Shown: positions 63,602-64,000 of the stretch, piece after piece
How the letters are laid out: the number at the start of each line of letters is the position of its first letter
Position numbering within the stretch: position 1 is the stretch's first letter
Origin: Gemmatimonadota bacterium
Lineage (GTDB): Bacteria; Gemmatimonadota; Gemmatimonadetes; Gemmatimonadales; GWC2-71-9
DNA: 64,000 bases
Direction of reading: 5' to 3'
Assembly (NCBI GenBank): GCA_009692115.1
Contig: SHZU01000001.1
Coordinates: 324,345 to 388,344 of the forward strand
Program-made: the position numbers and the translations under genes
The notes under the pieces: model-generated
What the model saw: only the letters and a program-made list of their open reading frames with translations
Told to the model about the DNA's origin: nothing
The model's database searches: none

Positions 63602-64000
63602 ATGGTGTTGGTCGCGGTGGCGCTACTGATTCAGTTGCAGGACACGCTCACCCACTCCACCGCCAGGCCGGACCTGGTCCACCGGAACGGGCGGATCCCG
63701 CCCTCGGTCACGGCTATCCCCGCCCCTGCTCCGGCCCGGATCGACGGACGGCTCGACGAGCCTTGGTGGCACACCGCCGTCCCCGCGACCGACTTTCGCC
63801 GGGATGTACCCGCGGACGGCAACCCTGCCTCCGAGGGCTCCGAAATCCGAGTGGCCTACGACCGCGATGCCCTCTATATCGGGGCCCGCCTCTACCACCG
63901 CGACATCACGGCGATTTCCCGGCGGCTCAGCCGCCGCGACTCGTTTTCGGTGTTCAACGACGTGTTCTTCGTCATGATCGACTCGTACCACGACCATCGG
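63602..64000 (+). CDS. DUF5916/carbohydrate-binding-family-9-like protein, C-terminus cut by window edge
   Basis: Open frame from ATG 63602 to the window end. Not in the ORF track because it has no stop. ARIDGRLDEPWWHTAVPATDFRRDVPADGNPASEGSEIRVAYDRDALYIGARLYHRD matches the family N-terminus as I recall it. Confidence 0.6.
   Translation, partial: MVLVAVALLIQLQDTLTHSTARPDLVHRNGRIPPSVTAIPAPAPARIDGRLDEPWWHTAVPATDFRRDVPADGNPASEGSEIRVAYDRDALYIGARLYHRDITAISRRLSRRDSFSVFNDVFFVMIDSYHDHR

Noticed and set aside
1-64000. Alternative genetic code (TGA, TAG or TAA as a sense codon).
   Set aside because: All three codons terminate well-conserved genes at their normal C-termini. TGA is the stop in most of the ATGA overlaps.

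Overview
High-GC bacterial chromosomal segment (roughly two-thirds G+C by eye, not computed). It holds about 70 recognisable protein-coding genes packed very tightly. There are 13 four-base ATGA/GTGA stop-start overlaps, and GTG starts are frequent; the ORF track prints alternative starts as M.

Most of the content is housekeeping or metabolic:
- Nucleotide synthesis and DNA repair: purD, mutM, a UvrC-N-terminal-like nuclease, guaB.
- Quinone synthesis: ubiX plus a UbiE/UbiD/UbiA-type prenylquinone module.
- Fe-S carriers: Mrp/ApbC and Nfu.
- Transporters: GltS, DAACS, NupC, SSS, two paralogous APC permeases, MFS.
- Energy coupling and central metabolism: H+-pyrophosphatase, pntAB-pntB, gpmI, an isocitrate-dehydrogenase-family gene.
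- Molybdenum cofactor genes: mobA, mobB, moeA.
- Acyl-CoA oxidation: gcdH-etfB-etfA-nadC-ETF:quinone oxidoreductase.

Accessory-looking items are an Xre(DUF2384)/RES toxin-antitoxin pair, an ECF sigma/anti-sigma/membrane-protein operon, and a PadR regulator with a decayed ADOP-type permease.

I found no rRNA, tRNA, CRISPR array, transposase, integrase or phage genes, and no clear-cut new defence or mobile system.

The best candidates for undescribed biology are:
1. Two long, translationally coupled minus-strand operons of mostly uncharacterised genes (63499->57200 and 57127->52374).
2. A Tat-signal SelA-fold PLP enzyme.
3. A pntAB-pntB pair without pntAA, flanked by paralogous permeases next to an H+-PPase.
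4. A high density of disrupted genes (in-frame TGA/TAG/TAA, 1-nt frameshifts, internal deletions) between 1.4 and 47 kb.
5. Two short sequence motifs that recur non-randomly: the 13-mer GCCGAGTGCCGAG and TCGTTTTTTTAG.

The gene repertoire (PadR+ADOP permease, DUF4139, large M14 peptidase, H+-PPase) suggests a Gemmatimonadota/Acidobacteriota-like soil bacterium. This is inference only. All family assignments were made by eye from the translated ORFs; no searches or computations were run.
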